From an uncultured Clostridia bacterium (GTDB taxonomy: Bacteria > Bacillota > Clostridia > Peptostreptococcales > Anaerovoracaceae): 64,000 nt of DNA. This document shows positions 19,688-27,594 of the stretch, piece after piece; position 1 is the stretch's first letter; each line of letters opens with the position of its first letter. The translations under genes were made by a program, and so were the position numbers. The notes below the pieces were generated by a model, which was not told where the DNA came from, searched no databases, and saw only the letters and a program-made list of their open reading frames with translations. Where the stretch lies: NCBI GenBank assembly GCA_938009115.1, contig CALLHZ010000037.1, positions 3,230-67,229 on the forward strand, given 5' to 3'.

Positions 19688-20701
19688 TTACAGCCTGAGG
19701 TCGTCGCCGTTACCGGGCAATACAACCGTGCGGCGGCGGATAAGCCAGGCCAGGCAAGCGGTATCCTCCAGGCAGGTGACTGCGTCGAATACGGCCTCTT
19801 CCTGTTCCGGCGACAAAAGATCACGGTCTGCAAAAAACTTTAGCAGCATGGGGCGAAGGCCGGCCTCCACAGCTGCAATGCTTTCTGCCGCATGTCTTGC
19901 GATCCAGCTGCAATAGCGGTCTGCCGCATCCTCCGGCAATTCCCGGGGGTACAACAATCGATAGATGGCCGCTCTCGTTTTGTCTTCCTTTGAGACCATG
20001 GATGAAAACAATTTATCATAGACTGGAAAATCCATATTTCCAAGAGGCGCCCACAGGTCCGTCAAAGCGTTCAGGCAGCTGGGCTGCTCAGACCTGGAGA
20101 ACATCCAAATTTTATAAAGCGCCGCTCCGGCGCGATCCCGAACGGTCAGGACGTGGCCTTTAAAACGGATGCTCTCGGCCCAATGACCCGATTTTTTATC
20201 AGGGTCATACAACACACGACCCAGCATAGGATTTTTGAGCGACTCCGACACAGAGATGCCCTTGCATCCCCAAAAAGCTCCTTCTCCTAGGCTTGTCAAA
20301 CCATCGGGCATTACAGGGACACTGTCCCGCAGTGACGCGCCGCTGCCGCTCCCCAGACTCCAGGAAAAAGCATACGCGCCGATTTCCCGGAGAGAATCTG
20401 GGAAAGAAGGCATGCGCATCGCCGGGCAATCTGCAAAGGCAAAAGAGCCGATGGTCCTGAGCCTGTTGCCTGGCAGGATATCTCTCAAAGCTTCGCAGCC
20501 TTGAAATGCCTTTTCGCCGATTTCTTCCAGACTGTCGGGGAATACGACGGACCGGAGCGCCGGGTCGCGCAGAAAGGCCTCGCCTGCAATGCGCCGTACT
20601 CCGGCCGGAACCACAACATGCGTCCCGGCGCCGGTATATGCGACGAAGCAGTCCCCCTCGATCTGAAAGCCGCCGGCAGAAACGGTTCCTGTCATAAACA
20701 C
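19688..20701 (-). CDS. cytoplasmic BspA-type leucine-rich-repeat (LRR_5) protein with an uncharacterised C-terminal half
   Basis: Repeats of the form VPAGVRRIAGEAF / FPDSLEEIGEKAFQGC / LRTIGSFAFADC / FPDSLREIGAYAF / LTSLGEGAFWGC. No signal peptide. Confidence 0.7.
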   Translation of the reverse strand: MFMTGTVSAGGFQIEGDCFVAYTGAGTHVVVPAGVRRIAGEAFLRDPALRSVVFPDSLEEIGEKAFQGCEALRDILPGNRLRTIGSFAFADCPAMRMPSFPDSLREIGAYAFSWSLGSGSGASLRDSVPVMPDGLTSLGEGAFWGCKGISVSESLKNPMLGRVLYDPDKKSGHWAESIRFKGHVLTVRDRAGAALYKIWMFSRSEQPSCLNALTDLWAPLGNMDFPVYDKLFSSMVSKEDKTRAAIYRLLYPRELPEDAADRYCSWIARHAAESIAAVEAGLRPMLLKFFADRDLLSPEQEEAVFDAVTCLEDTACLAWLIRRRTVVLPGNGDDLRL

Positions 20702-20729
20702 CTCACTGAAAAACTGTCGTGATTGCAGA

Positions 20730-20759
20730 AACAGAGCACCCGAAGCCGGGTGCTCTGTT
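20730..20759 (-). terminator. perfect 12-bp hairpin between the upstream bactofilin gene and the LRR gene (weak terminator or processing site)
   Basis: aacagagcaccc-gaagcc-gggtgctctgtt. No adjacent U-tract on the minus-strand transcript. Confidence 0.35.
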
Positions 20760-20818
20760 GTTCGCAGGATTAGGAAAGGTTCAATAAAAGCTTTCGGGCG
20801 TCAGGCTGAGATGAGCCG

Positions 20819-21298
20819 TTACATGCCTTCGAATACGCTTTCGTCAATAGTCCTTTCCGATGTGCTCTGGATCTCACCGCGCACAGCAGCTCCGGTCTCC
20901 ATGCCAACGGTGAAAGAGCGGATGTTGCCGGCAACTAGGGATTCGCTGCGGAGCGTCACCACGTCTTCGATGATCAGATTGCCTTTGCATTTTCCGTTAA
21001 AGTCGATGTTCTGGCCGGACACGTCGCCGATGATCACCGATTCGGTGTTGGCTTTGATGTCGCCCTTAGCGAATATGTCTCCCTTGACTCTTCCGCCTGC
21101 CAGGACTATATCCTGTCCGGATACGTTGCCCACGACGATGCCGGTGATTCGAATATCGCTGTCAGAAGAAAGATTTCCGTTGATCCTGCCGTCCAGCACG
21201 ATATTGTTTTCCGCGCTGATCGAGCCGGTGATCTGCGTCGAGGGACTGATATAGGTTTCACTTTTCTGTGAAGCCGGGATGGATCTGTCGTCTTTCAC
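20819..21298 (-). CDS. bactofilin family protein
   Basis: ITGSISAENNIVLDGRINGNLSSDSDIRITGIVVGNVSGQDIVLAGGRVKGDIFAKGDIKANTESVIIGDVSGQNIDFNGKCKGNL, a beta-helix repeat pattern. Confidence 0.8.
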   Translation of the reverse strand: MKDDRSIPASQKSETYISPSTQITGSISAENNIVLDGRINGNLSSDSDIRITGIVVGNVSGQDIVLAGGRVKGDIFAKGDIKANTESVIIGDVSGQNIDFNGKCKGNLIIEDVVTLRSESLVAGNIRSFTVGMETGAAVRGEIQSTSERTIDESVFEGM

Positions 21299-21450
21299 TG
21301 GGGGAGTCCTCCTTCATTTGTTCAGCCTGAATGCGTGAAATGATTCAACACACAAATAATCTATCATTTCAAGGAATCCATTGCAAGTAGTTTACAATAA
21401 TTGCGCTGCTGCGGAGTAAAAACTTCGGTGAGGCGGCCTGAGATTTTTAG

Positions 21451-21479
21451 TTGTCATCTTTCATAATAAATGGGATAAT
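21451..21479 (+). promoter_or_regulatory. sigma-70-type promoter for the GGDEF/EAL gene
   Basis: TTGTCA (21451-21456), 17-nt spacer, GATAAT (21474-21479), in an AT-rich divergent intergenic region. Confidence 0.45.
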
Positions 21480-21511
21480 CAGATATATATCTGGAAGAAC
21501 AGGGGGGACTC

Positions 21512-23419
21512 ATGGAGTACGAGTATGGATATGCGATCTGTTCGCTGGTTTTCCTCATCGTCGTCGCGGTCCATTATTTTCAGAAGAAAAGCTACCCCAG
21601 CCTTCAGAATCGTATTTACAGCAAGGTGATGATCCTGGCGCTGGCGGATCTGGTTCTGGACATCACAGGCTCCTGGACCATCGTGCACGCCCAAAGCCTG
21701 CCGCCCTGGGTCAACCATGCCGTCAATACGCCTTTTTACATTATCCAAAACATACTGCCGGCCGCTCTGTGCCTCTATGTGATGGCCGTAGCCGAAGAGA
21801 TCCGCCCCCAACGCCGCCTGCTGATCGGCGCGGCGATGATCCCTGCGGCTGTCAGCTCCCTGGCTGTTCTCGTGAATCCGGTGACACGCTGGATTTTTTA
21901 TGCGGATCCGGGACAGCCCTATATCCGGGGTCCGTATTTTTATTCGATGTACGCCGGCACGGCCTTCTATCTGGCCCTCACACTGATGATACTTGTCTTC
22001 TACCGGAAGAAGTACCTGCGCGTCCAGTTCGTCACCATCCTGCTCTTTTTGGTGTTCATCTCTCTGGGTGTGTACATACAGTATCTTTTCCCGCAATATT
22101 TGCTCAGCAGCATGGTGATCGCTTTGGCCATCACGATGATGTTCTTCGCCATGCAGATCCCCGAGGATATGCTGGACGCAGTGACCGGCGCTTTCAATCA
22201 TGCTGCCCTGATGCGCTACATCGACAGCGGCGCCCGGCACCGCCGGAAAATGCTTGGGATCGCCGTGAGCATCGAAGGATTGCTCAATCACAGTCAGCAC
22301 CTTACGCTGAACGCCATGAACGAAGCGGTGAAGCAAATGGCGGATTATCTGGAGCGCCTCTGTCCAAAAGGCTGGGTCTTTCGCATGAGCACTTCGGTTT
22401 ATGTCGTTCTGACGGAAGACAGGGAGTGCTACGAAAAGGCCGCGGCGGAAATGAAGGAGCTGGACGGATTTTACTTTGAAGCCGCCGGAACAACGCTGAA
22501 GCTGCCCCTTGCGGTCTGCGTATTTCCCCAGGGAGAGCTGGTCACTTCTTCCACCAACTTTACGCGGCTGGTGGAAACAGCCTTCCAGGAGGCCAAAGCC
22601 CGTGGCCAAAGAGGCTTGATCCGGATCGATCCGGAGATCATCGCTGACCTGAACCGGTACGCCGCTGTGGAATCAGCCATGGCAAGGGCTCTGCGGGGAG
22701 ACGGTTTTGATCTCCATTTCCAGCCGATCTATTCGTTGAACAAGGAACGTTTTGTTTCCGCGGAAGCTTTGATACGCCTCAGCGATCCGGTCCTGGGCGA
22801 TATCCCTGCCCAGGAAATCGTATCCATCGCCGAGGCCAACGGCACCATCGTATCCATCGATCGGTACGTCCTGCGGAGCGCCTGCCGGTTTATCCGCGCC
22901 AACGGCCCCATCGGCCGGTACGGGCTGGACATGATCACCGTGAACGTCTCCACAGTGGATCTTCTTCAGGAGGATCTGTACGAGAGCATCATCAGCGTCA
23001 TCCTTGATGAGGGAATTCCCTTTGATGCTGTCGGACTTGAAATCACCGAATCCGCTTCGGCAGCCTTCAGCGACGAGTTGATCGGGCGGCTTCAATCCTT
23101 TGCGCAAAAGGGCATACGGCTTCTCCTGGACGATTTTGGAGCCGGCTACTCCAATCTGTATCGGATTGCGAATCTTCCGCTGTATGCGGTCAAAATGGAT
23201 CACAGCATGTTTTCCACCTATGAGTCCGGCACTCAAAGCGCAGTCCTTTTTGAGGAAATGATCCATATGTGCAAAAAGCTTGGATTCCTGGTGATCGTCG
23301 AAGGGATCCACGAGCCTCGGCAGATCGAGGAACTCCGCCGTCTGGGGGTGGACAGGATACAGGGCTTTCATTACTCCAGGCCCCTTCCATCCGATGAATT
23401 TCTGAAACTGTTTCAATAG
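21512..23419 (+). CDS. integral-membrane sensor with a degenerate GGDEF domain and an EAL domain (likely c-di-GMP phosphodiesterase)
   Basis: The N-terminal ~200 aa contain multiple TM helices. GGDEF-fold start DAVTGAFNHAALM, but FRMSTSVYVVL sits where RxGGDEF is expected. EAL motifs are intact: SAEALIRL, GLEITES, LLDDFGAGYSNL, AVKMD, VIVEGIHE, IQGFHYSRP. Confidence 0.85.
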   Translation: MEYEYGYAICSLVFLIVVAVHYFQKKSYPSLQNRIYSKVMILALADLVLDITGSWTIVHAQSLPPWVNHAVNTPFYIIQNILPAALCLYVMAVAEEIRPQRRLLIGAAMIPAAVSSLAVLVNPVTRWIFYADPGQPYIRGPYFYSMYAGTAFYLALTLMILVFYRKKYLRVQFVTILLFLVFISLGVYIQYLFPQYLLSSMVIALAITMMFFAMQIPEDMLDAVTGAFNHAALMRYIDSGARHRRKMLGIAVSIEGLLNHSQHLTLNAMNEAVKQMADYLERLCPKGWVFRMSTSVYVVLTEDRECYEKAAAEMKELDGFYFEAAGTTLKLPLAVCVFPQGELVTSSTNFTRLVETAFQEAKARGQRGLIRIDPEIIADLNRYAAVESAMARALRGDGFDLHFQPIYSLNKERFVSAEALIRLSDPVLGDIPAQEIVSIAEANGTIVSIDRYVLRSACRFIRANGPIGRYGLDMITVNVSTVDLLQEDLYESIISVILDEGIPFDAVGLEITESASAAFSDELIGRLQSFAQKGIRLLLDDFGAGYSNLYRIANLPLYAVKMDHSMFSTYESGTQSAVLFEEMIHMCKKLGFLVIVEGIHEPRQIEELRRLGVDRIQGFHYSRPLPSDEFLKLFQ

Positions 23420-23431
23420 AAAGGCACAGAA

Positions 23432-23902
23432 TTGTTCCCGGTACTCTTCGCTTTATGGCTGATATTCAATGGACGGGTGACACCGGAGATTTTGATCTTC
23501 GGGCTGTTTTTTGCGGGACTGTTTCTCGGCTTCGCCTGCCGTTACATGGGTTACAGCATGGAAAAAGAACGCAGAGTACTGATGCTGGCTCTGCAGGTGG
23601 TTTTATATGTGGGTGAACTGGTGGTTGAGATCTGGAAAGCAAACCTGGCCGCAATTCCTTATATCTTCGACCGGATCCGAAAGCCGTCCCCCCGGATCAT
23701 CCGCTTCCGCACGGGACTTCGCACGGAGACGGCCCGGGTCGTCCTGGCCAACTCCATTACGCTGACGCCGGGCACCATTACGGTATCCCTGGACCGGGAC
23801 GTTTTTACCGTCCATTGCCTGGATGCTTCTCTGGCCGAGGGAATTGAAAGTTCCCGGCTCGTCAGCCGCCTTCGCAGAATGGAGGAGGTGAGCGACCGAT
23901 GA
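23432..23902 (+). CDS. mrpE: Mrp/Mnh cation:proton antiporter subunit E
   Basis: LWLIFNG..., ANSITLTPGTITV (family-typical TLTPGT). Apparent TTG start. Confidence 0.8.
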   Translation: MFPVLFALWLIFNGRVTPEILIFGLFFAGLFLGFACRYMGYSMEKERRVLMLALQVVLYVGELVVEIWKANLAAIPYIFDRIRKPSPRIIRFRTGLRTETARVVLANSITLTPGTITVSLDRDVFTVHCLDASLAEGIESSRLVSRLRRMEEVSDR

Positions 23903-24267
23903 TTTTTTTTCACGGCGGACTGCAGACAGCTTATGAAATGATCCTCACTGCAGCTCTTTTTCTGCTGGCTGTCCTTTTGTTTTTCTGCATCCTTCGAACG
24001 ATAAGCGGCCCCCGGATCGCCGACCGCATTCTGTCGGTAAATATGGGCGGCACCATGACGATCACGGCCATCACTATTTTGGCGGTGCGTCTGGACGAAG
24101 AATATCTGGTGGATATCAGCCTGCTTTACGCCATGATCAGTTTTCTGGCCGTGGTGGTTTTGTCCCGGATCTATCGAGGCGTTTATCTGGCGCACAAGGA
24201 TGCCGAGCTTCATCGCAGCAGCACAGATGATTCGAGCAAAAAAGGGGGTGGGACCGATGCTTCTTGA
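23899..24267 (+). CDS. mrpF: Mrp/Mnh antiporter subunit F
   Basis: Small 3-TM protein with RTISGPRIADRILSVNMGGTMTI. ATGA overlap with mrpE. Confidence 0.75.
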   Translation: MIFFHGGLQTAYEMILTAALFLLAVLLFFCILRTISGPRIADRILSVNMGGTMTITAITILAVRLDEEYLVDISLLYAMISFLAVVVLSRIYRGVYLAHKDAELHRSSTDDSSKKGGGTDAS

Positions 24268-24592
24268 AATCCTTCGGTTTGCGGCCGGTTCCCTGTTCTT
24301 CGTCTCCGGCCTGGCGATTTTTGTTATTGAAATTTACGGAAATTTCCGGTTCACCTATGTGCTGAACCGGATGCATGCGGCATCCATCGGCGACAGTCTG
24401 GGGATCGTGCTCTGCCTTGTAGGACTGATGATTTTCAGCGGCTTTACTTTTGTGACCCTGAAACTGGCCGCCGTAACGGTGTTCCTCTGGTTTTCCACGC
24501 CGGTCTGCAGCCACCTGGTGGCCAAGCTGGAAACGGAAACCAACGAAGAATTGGAAAGGGAATGCAAGGTGGACAACGAATGCAGGGGCTGA
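24257..24592 (+). CDS. mrpG: Mrp/Mnh antiporter subunit G
   Basis: MLLEILRFAAGSLFFVSGLAIFVIE..NRMHAASIGDSLGIVL, with RBS AAAGGGGG upstream. The ORF-track start at 24200 is rejected. Confidence 0.75.
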   Translation: MLLEILRFAAGSLFFVSGLAIFVIEIYGNFRFTYVLNRMHAASIGDSLGIVLCLVGLMIFSGFTFVTLKLAAVTVFLWFSTPVCSHLVAKLETETNEELERECKVDNECRG

Positions 24593-24891
24593 TCGCGGTA
24601 CTTTTGGCCTTGCTGGTCGTGGCGGCGCTGGCAGTTTCGGCCTCCCGGAAATTGCTCCCGGCAGTCATCATTTTCATGTCCTACAGTCTGGTGATGTCCA
24701 TGGTGTGGATGCTGCTGAAGGCGCCGGACCTGGCGATCACAGAAGCTGCTGTAGGCGCCGGTATCACATCTGTGCTGCTGTTTATCGCGCTGAAGCGAAT
24801 CCGTGAGCTTGAGAGAAATCTTCTGGAGTCCGAGGAAGAGGTCCGCCAATATTTTGCGGCAAAGGAAAAGGAGGAACAGGATCGTGCTTAA
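24580..24891 (+). CDS. DUF4040-type small membrane protein (MrpA C-terminal / MnhB N-terminal-like, MbhD/E-like)
   Basis: MQGLIAVLLALLVVAALAVSASRKLLPAVIIFMSYSLVMSMVWMLLKAPDLAITEAAVGAGIT. Confidence 0.65.
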   Translation: MQGLIAVLLALLVVAALAVSASRKLLPAVIIFMSYSLVMSMVWMLLKAPDLAITEAAVGAGITSVLLFIALKRIRELERNLLESEEEVRQYFAAKEKEEQDRA

Positions 24892-25651
24892 GGGGACCCG
24901 GATCCAAACGCTTTACAATTTCCTGAGCATCGCTTTTACCATGCTTCTGATCGGCATACTTTTATACACTGTGTCCGAGCTCCCCGCTGTGGGCGATCCG
25001 CTGCATCCGGCCAACAACGAGGTGGCGGTCCATTATCTGGTCAACGGCGCCAGAGAAACGGGAGCGCTTAATGCGGTGACGGCCATGATCCTGGATTACC
25101 GCGCCTTTGATACACTGGGAGAGCTTTGTGTGCTTTTCGTGTCTGCCTGCTCCGTTTTCATCCTGCTGCGGGTGGATGCCGGCAGAAAGGAAGAAGAAGT
25201 AGAAGCCATCGACCGGCGCTACGAGCCGAAAGACGACCCGATCCTGAACAAGGCTTTCCTTTTTCTGATTCCTGCGGTGTTCCTCTTTGGCGTCTATATC
25301 ACGCTTACGGGACATCTCTCCCCGGGCGGCGGATTCTCCGGCGGCGCCATCATCGCCGCGGGGCTGCTTTTGTATCTGAATGCCTTTGGGCTTGAGAGCA
25401 CAGAGCGTTTTATGCATCGCATCCGCTACCGCAGACTGAGCTGCGGCGCGCTTGGATTCTATTTTATCGCAAAGGGATATTCATTTTTTGTGGGCGCCAA
25501 TGGTATCGACAGCGTCATCCCCGTTTCAGACAAAGGAAACATCCTGTCCGCCGGTTTGATCATGCCTCTGAACATCTGTGTCGCCATTGTCGTTTCCACT
25601 ACGATTTATGCCATATACCTGATGTTCCGGAAGGGATGGTTCAATATATGA
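24884..25651 (+). CDS. mrpB: Mrp/Mnh antiporter subunit B
   Basis: MnhB-type motif ETGALNAVTAMILDYRAFDTLGELCVLF followed by several more TM helices. The GTG start at 24884, behind AAGGAGG, is my choice; the ORF track offers 24803. Confidence 0.7.
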   Translation: MLKGTRIQTLYNFLSIAFTMLLIGILLYTVSELPAVGDPLHPANNEVAVHYLVNGARETGALNAVTAMILDYRAFDTLGELCVLFVSACSVFILLRVDAGRKEEEVEAIDRRYEPKDDPILNKAFLFLIPAVFLFGVYITLTGHLSPGGGFSGGAIIAAGLLLYLNAFGLESTERFMHRIRYRRLSCGALGFYFIAKGYSFFVGANGIDSVIPVSDKGNILSAGLIMPLNICVAIVVSTTIYAIYLMFRKGWFNI

Positions 25652-26034
25652 ATAATTACATCGTAACGAACCTCCCCGAAGTGGCGGCCATCGTGCTGTT
25701 TGGAATCGGGTGTTCCAATTTACTGCTGGCCCGGAATCTTGTGAAGAAAATCATCGGACTGAATATCATGGACACGGCGATCTATCTTTTTCTGGCGGCA
25801 AAAGGCTACGTGGAAAATGCTGCGGCCCCTATCGTCTCCTCTGGCGCCGTGGATCCGGATCTTTATGTGAACCCGGTCCCCAGCGGTCTTGTGCTCACCG
25901 GCATCGTGGTTTCCGTGTCTGTCACTGCTGTTTTACTCGCATTGACGGTGCGGCTTCACGAAGAATTCCACACGCTGGATATCGATGAGATCGTCCATCA
26001 GCTTCGTGTCAAGGACCGGGAGGCTGCCCCATGA
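25648..26034 (+). CDS. mrpC: Mrp/Mnh antiporter subunit C (NuoK-like)
   Basis: 3-TM protein: VAAIVLFGIGCSNLLLARNLVKKIIGLNIMDTAIYLFL. Confidence 0.75.
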   Translation: MNNYIVTNLPEVAAIVLFGIGCSNLLLARNLVKKIIGLNIMDTAIYLFLAAKGYVENAAAPIVSSGAVDPDLYVNPVPSGLVLTGIVVSVSVTAVLLALTVRLHEEFHTLDIDEIVHQLRVKDREAAP

Positions 26035-27566
26035 GTCTGCTTTACAATATCCCGGCCTTTTCGATCCTGCTTCCGATGCTGGCCGGCGTGATCTGTCTGG
26101 TGCTTCCGGCCCGGGCTTCCCGTCGGGTGACCAATACGGTGATCGTGGCGCTTGCAGTGCTTTCTTTTGTCTTGCTGAACGGATTTTTAGAGGGCGCGAC
26201 TCCTTTTACCTATCGAATGGGGCATTACGGCGCGCCCATCGGCAACGAGATACGGGCCGGGGAACTGGAAGCGGCCATGGCGGCGCTGTTTCTGGTGGTG
26301 ATGATGCTGTCGCTCATGGGCGGGCGGAATCATCTGCGCAGCGATATCGGCCGAAGCAAAGTAAATCTGTATTATATTTCGGTGCTGTTTCTTCTCAGTT
26401 CCATGCTGGCACTTTCCTATACCAATGATCTGTTTACAGCCTATGTGTTTGTAGAGATCAATACGGTCACTGCCTGCGGCATCATCATCAGCAAGGAAGA
26501 CGGTTACACCCTGGCTGCCTCCATGCGGTATTTGATCATGAGCCTTCTGGGCTCAGGTCTTTTCCTGATCGGGATCTGTCTTGTCTATGGTCTGACGGGT
26601 CATCTGCTCATGCCTAATATTCAGGATGCCGTGATCCTGCTGGTCCAGGACGGACATTATCAAGCGCCCCTGCAGGTGACCATCGCTCTGTTTGCCGTGG
26701 GATTGGCGCTCAAGAGCGCCTTGTGGCCTTTCCACTCCTGGCTGGCCGACGCCCACAGCAGCGCGTCGGCTGCTTCCAGTGCCATCCTGTCGGGCCTTGT
26801 GCTCAAGTCGTTCATTTTCCTGATGATCAAAATCTTTTTCCGGACAGTAGGGCCTGGCCTGATGACCGGCCATGCCATCCTGAATCTGCTGCTGGTCTTT
26901 GGCATCCTGGGGATGCTGCTGGGTTCCGTCAACGCTTTGTTTGAAAAGGATATCAAGCGTATGCTGGCCTTTTCCAGCGTCAGTCAGATCGGCTATATTT
27001 TCTGCGGCGTCGGCCTTGGGACCATCGCCGGCGTGTCGGCAGCATTGGTCCAGGTCGTGGTCCACGCCGTCACGAAGGCGATGCTGTTCATTGCCGCGGG
27101 CGGTCTGATGGACGCCTCCGGGGGGCGGAAGGACTTCAAGGCGCTTCAGGGAGCCGGCAAAAGAGATGTGGTGGCCGGAGCCGCATTTGCCGTGGGCACG
27201 ATGTCCATGATCGGTCTGCCGTTCTTTGCCGGATTCATTACGAAGCTGACCCTTGTGACCGCCGCGGCAGGCACTCATGACTGGCGGGCATACATTTCCC
27301 TCGGCGCCATCGTTTTGTCCACCATCCTGACGGCGATCTACTATATCCGGGTCCTGTCTCTGATTTTCGGACGGGAAGAAGGGGAGGAAGCAGATCCCGA
27401 GGTGCGGAGCCGCAGCGCTTTGCTTGCCCATCTTCACAAACAGCTGAGCATGGACACGGAATACATCCTGGCCTCTCTGGCTTTTATCGTCATCAACCTG
27501 TGGATCGGTCTCCGATCCGACGATCTGATGACCATCATCAACACAGGCCTGGCCACGTTCCAATAA
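26031..27566 (+). CDS. mrpD: antiporter-like subunit 1 (MrpD/NuoN-M family)
   Basis: Proton_antipo_M core ALWPFHSWLADAHSSASAASSAILSGLVLKS. About 14 TM helices. Confidence 0.8.
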   Translation: MSLLYNIPAFSILLPMLAGVICLVLPARASRRVTNTVIVALAVLSFVLLNGFLEGATPFTYRMGHYGAPIGNEIRAGELEAAMAALFLVVMMLSLMGGRNHLRSDIGRSKVNLYYISVLFLLSSMLALSYTNDLFTAYVFVEINTVTACGIIISKEDGYTLAASMRYLIMSLLGSGLFLIGICLVYGLTGHLLMPNIQDAVILLVQDGHYQAPLQVTIALFAVGLALKSALWPFHSWLADAHSSASAASSAILSGLVLKSFIFLMIKIFFRTVGPGLMTGHAILNLLLVFGILGMLLGSVNALFEKDIKRMLAFSSVSQIGYIFCGVGLGTIAGVSAALVQVVVHAVTKAMLFIAAGGLMDASGGRKDFKALQGAGKRDVVAGAAFAVGTMSMIGLPFFAGFITKLTLVTAAAGTHDWRAYISLGAIVLSTILTAIYYIRVLSLIFGREEGEEADPEVRSRSALLAHLHKQLSMDTEYILASLAFIVINLWIGLRSDDLMTIINTGLATFQ

Positions 27567-27594
27567 CCACGGGAGGATTTGAAAGGATCACAGC

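Noticed and set aside
21451-22609. 342-aa (+, alternative frame) and 376-aa (-) ORFs overlapping the 5' half of the GGDEF/EAL gene.
   Set aside because: The annotated frame gives a coherent multi-TM domain continuous with the GGDEF/EAL domains. The alternative frames give Arg/Pro/Gly-rich sequence with no motifs.
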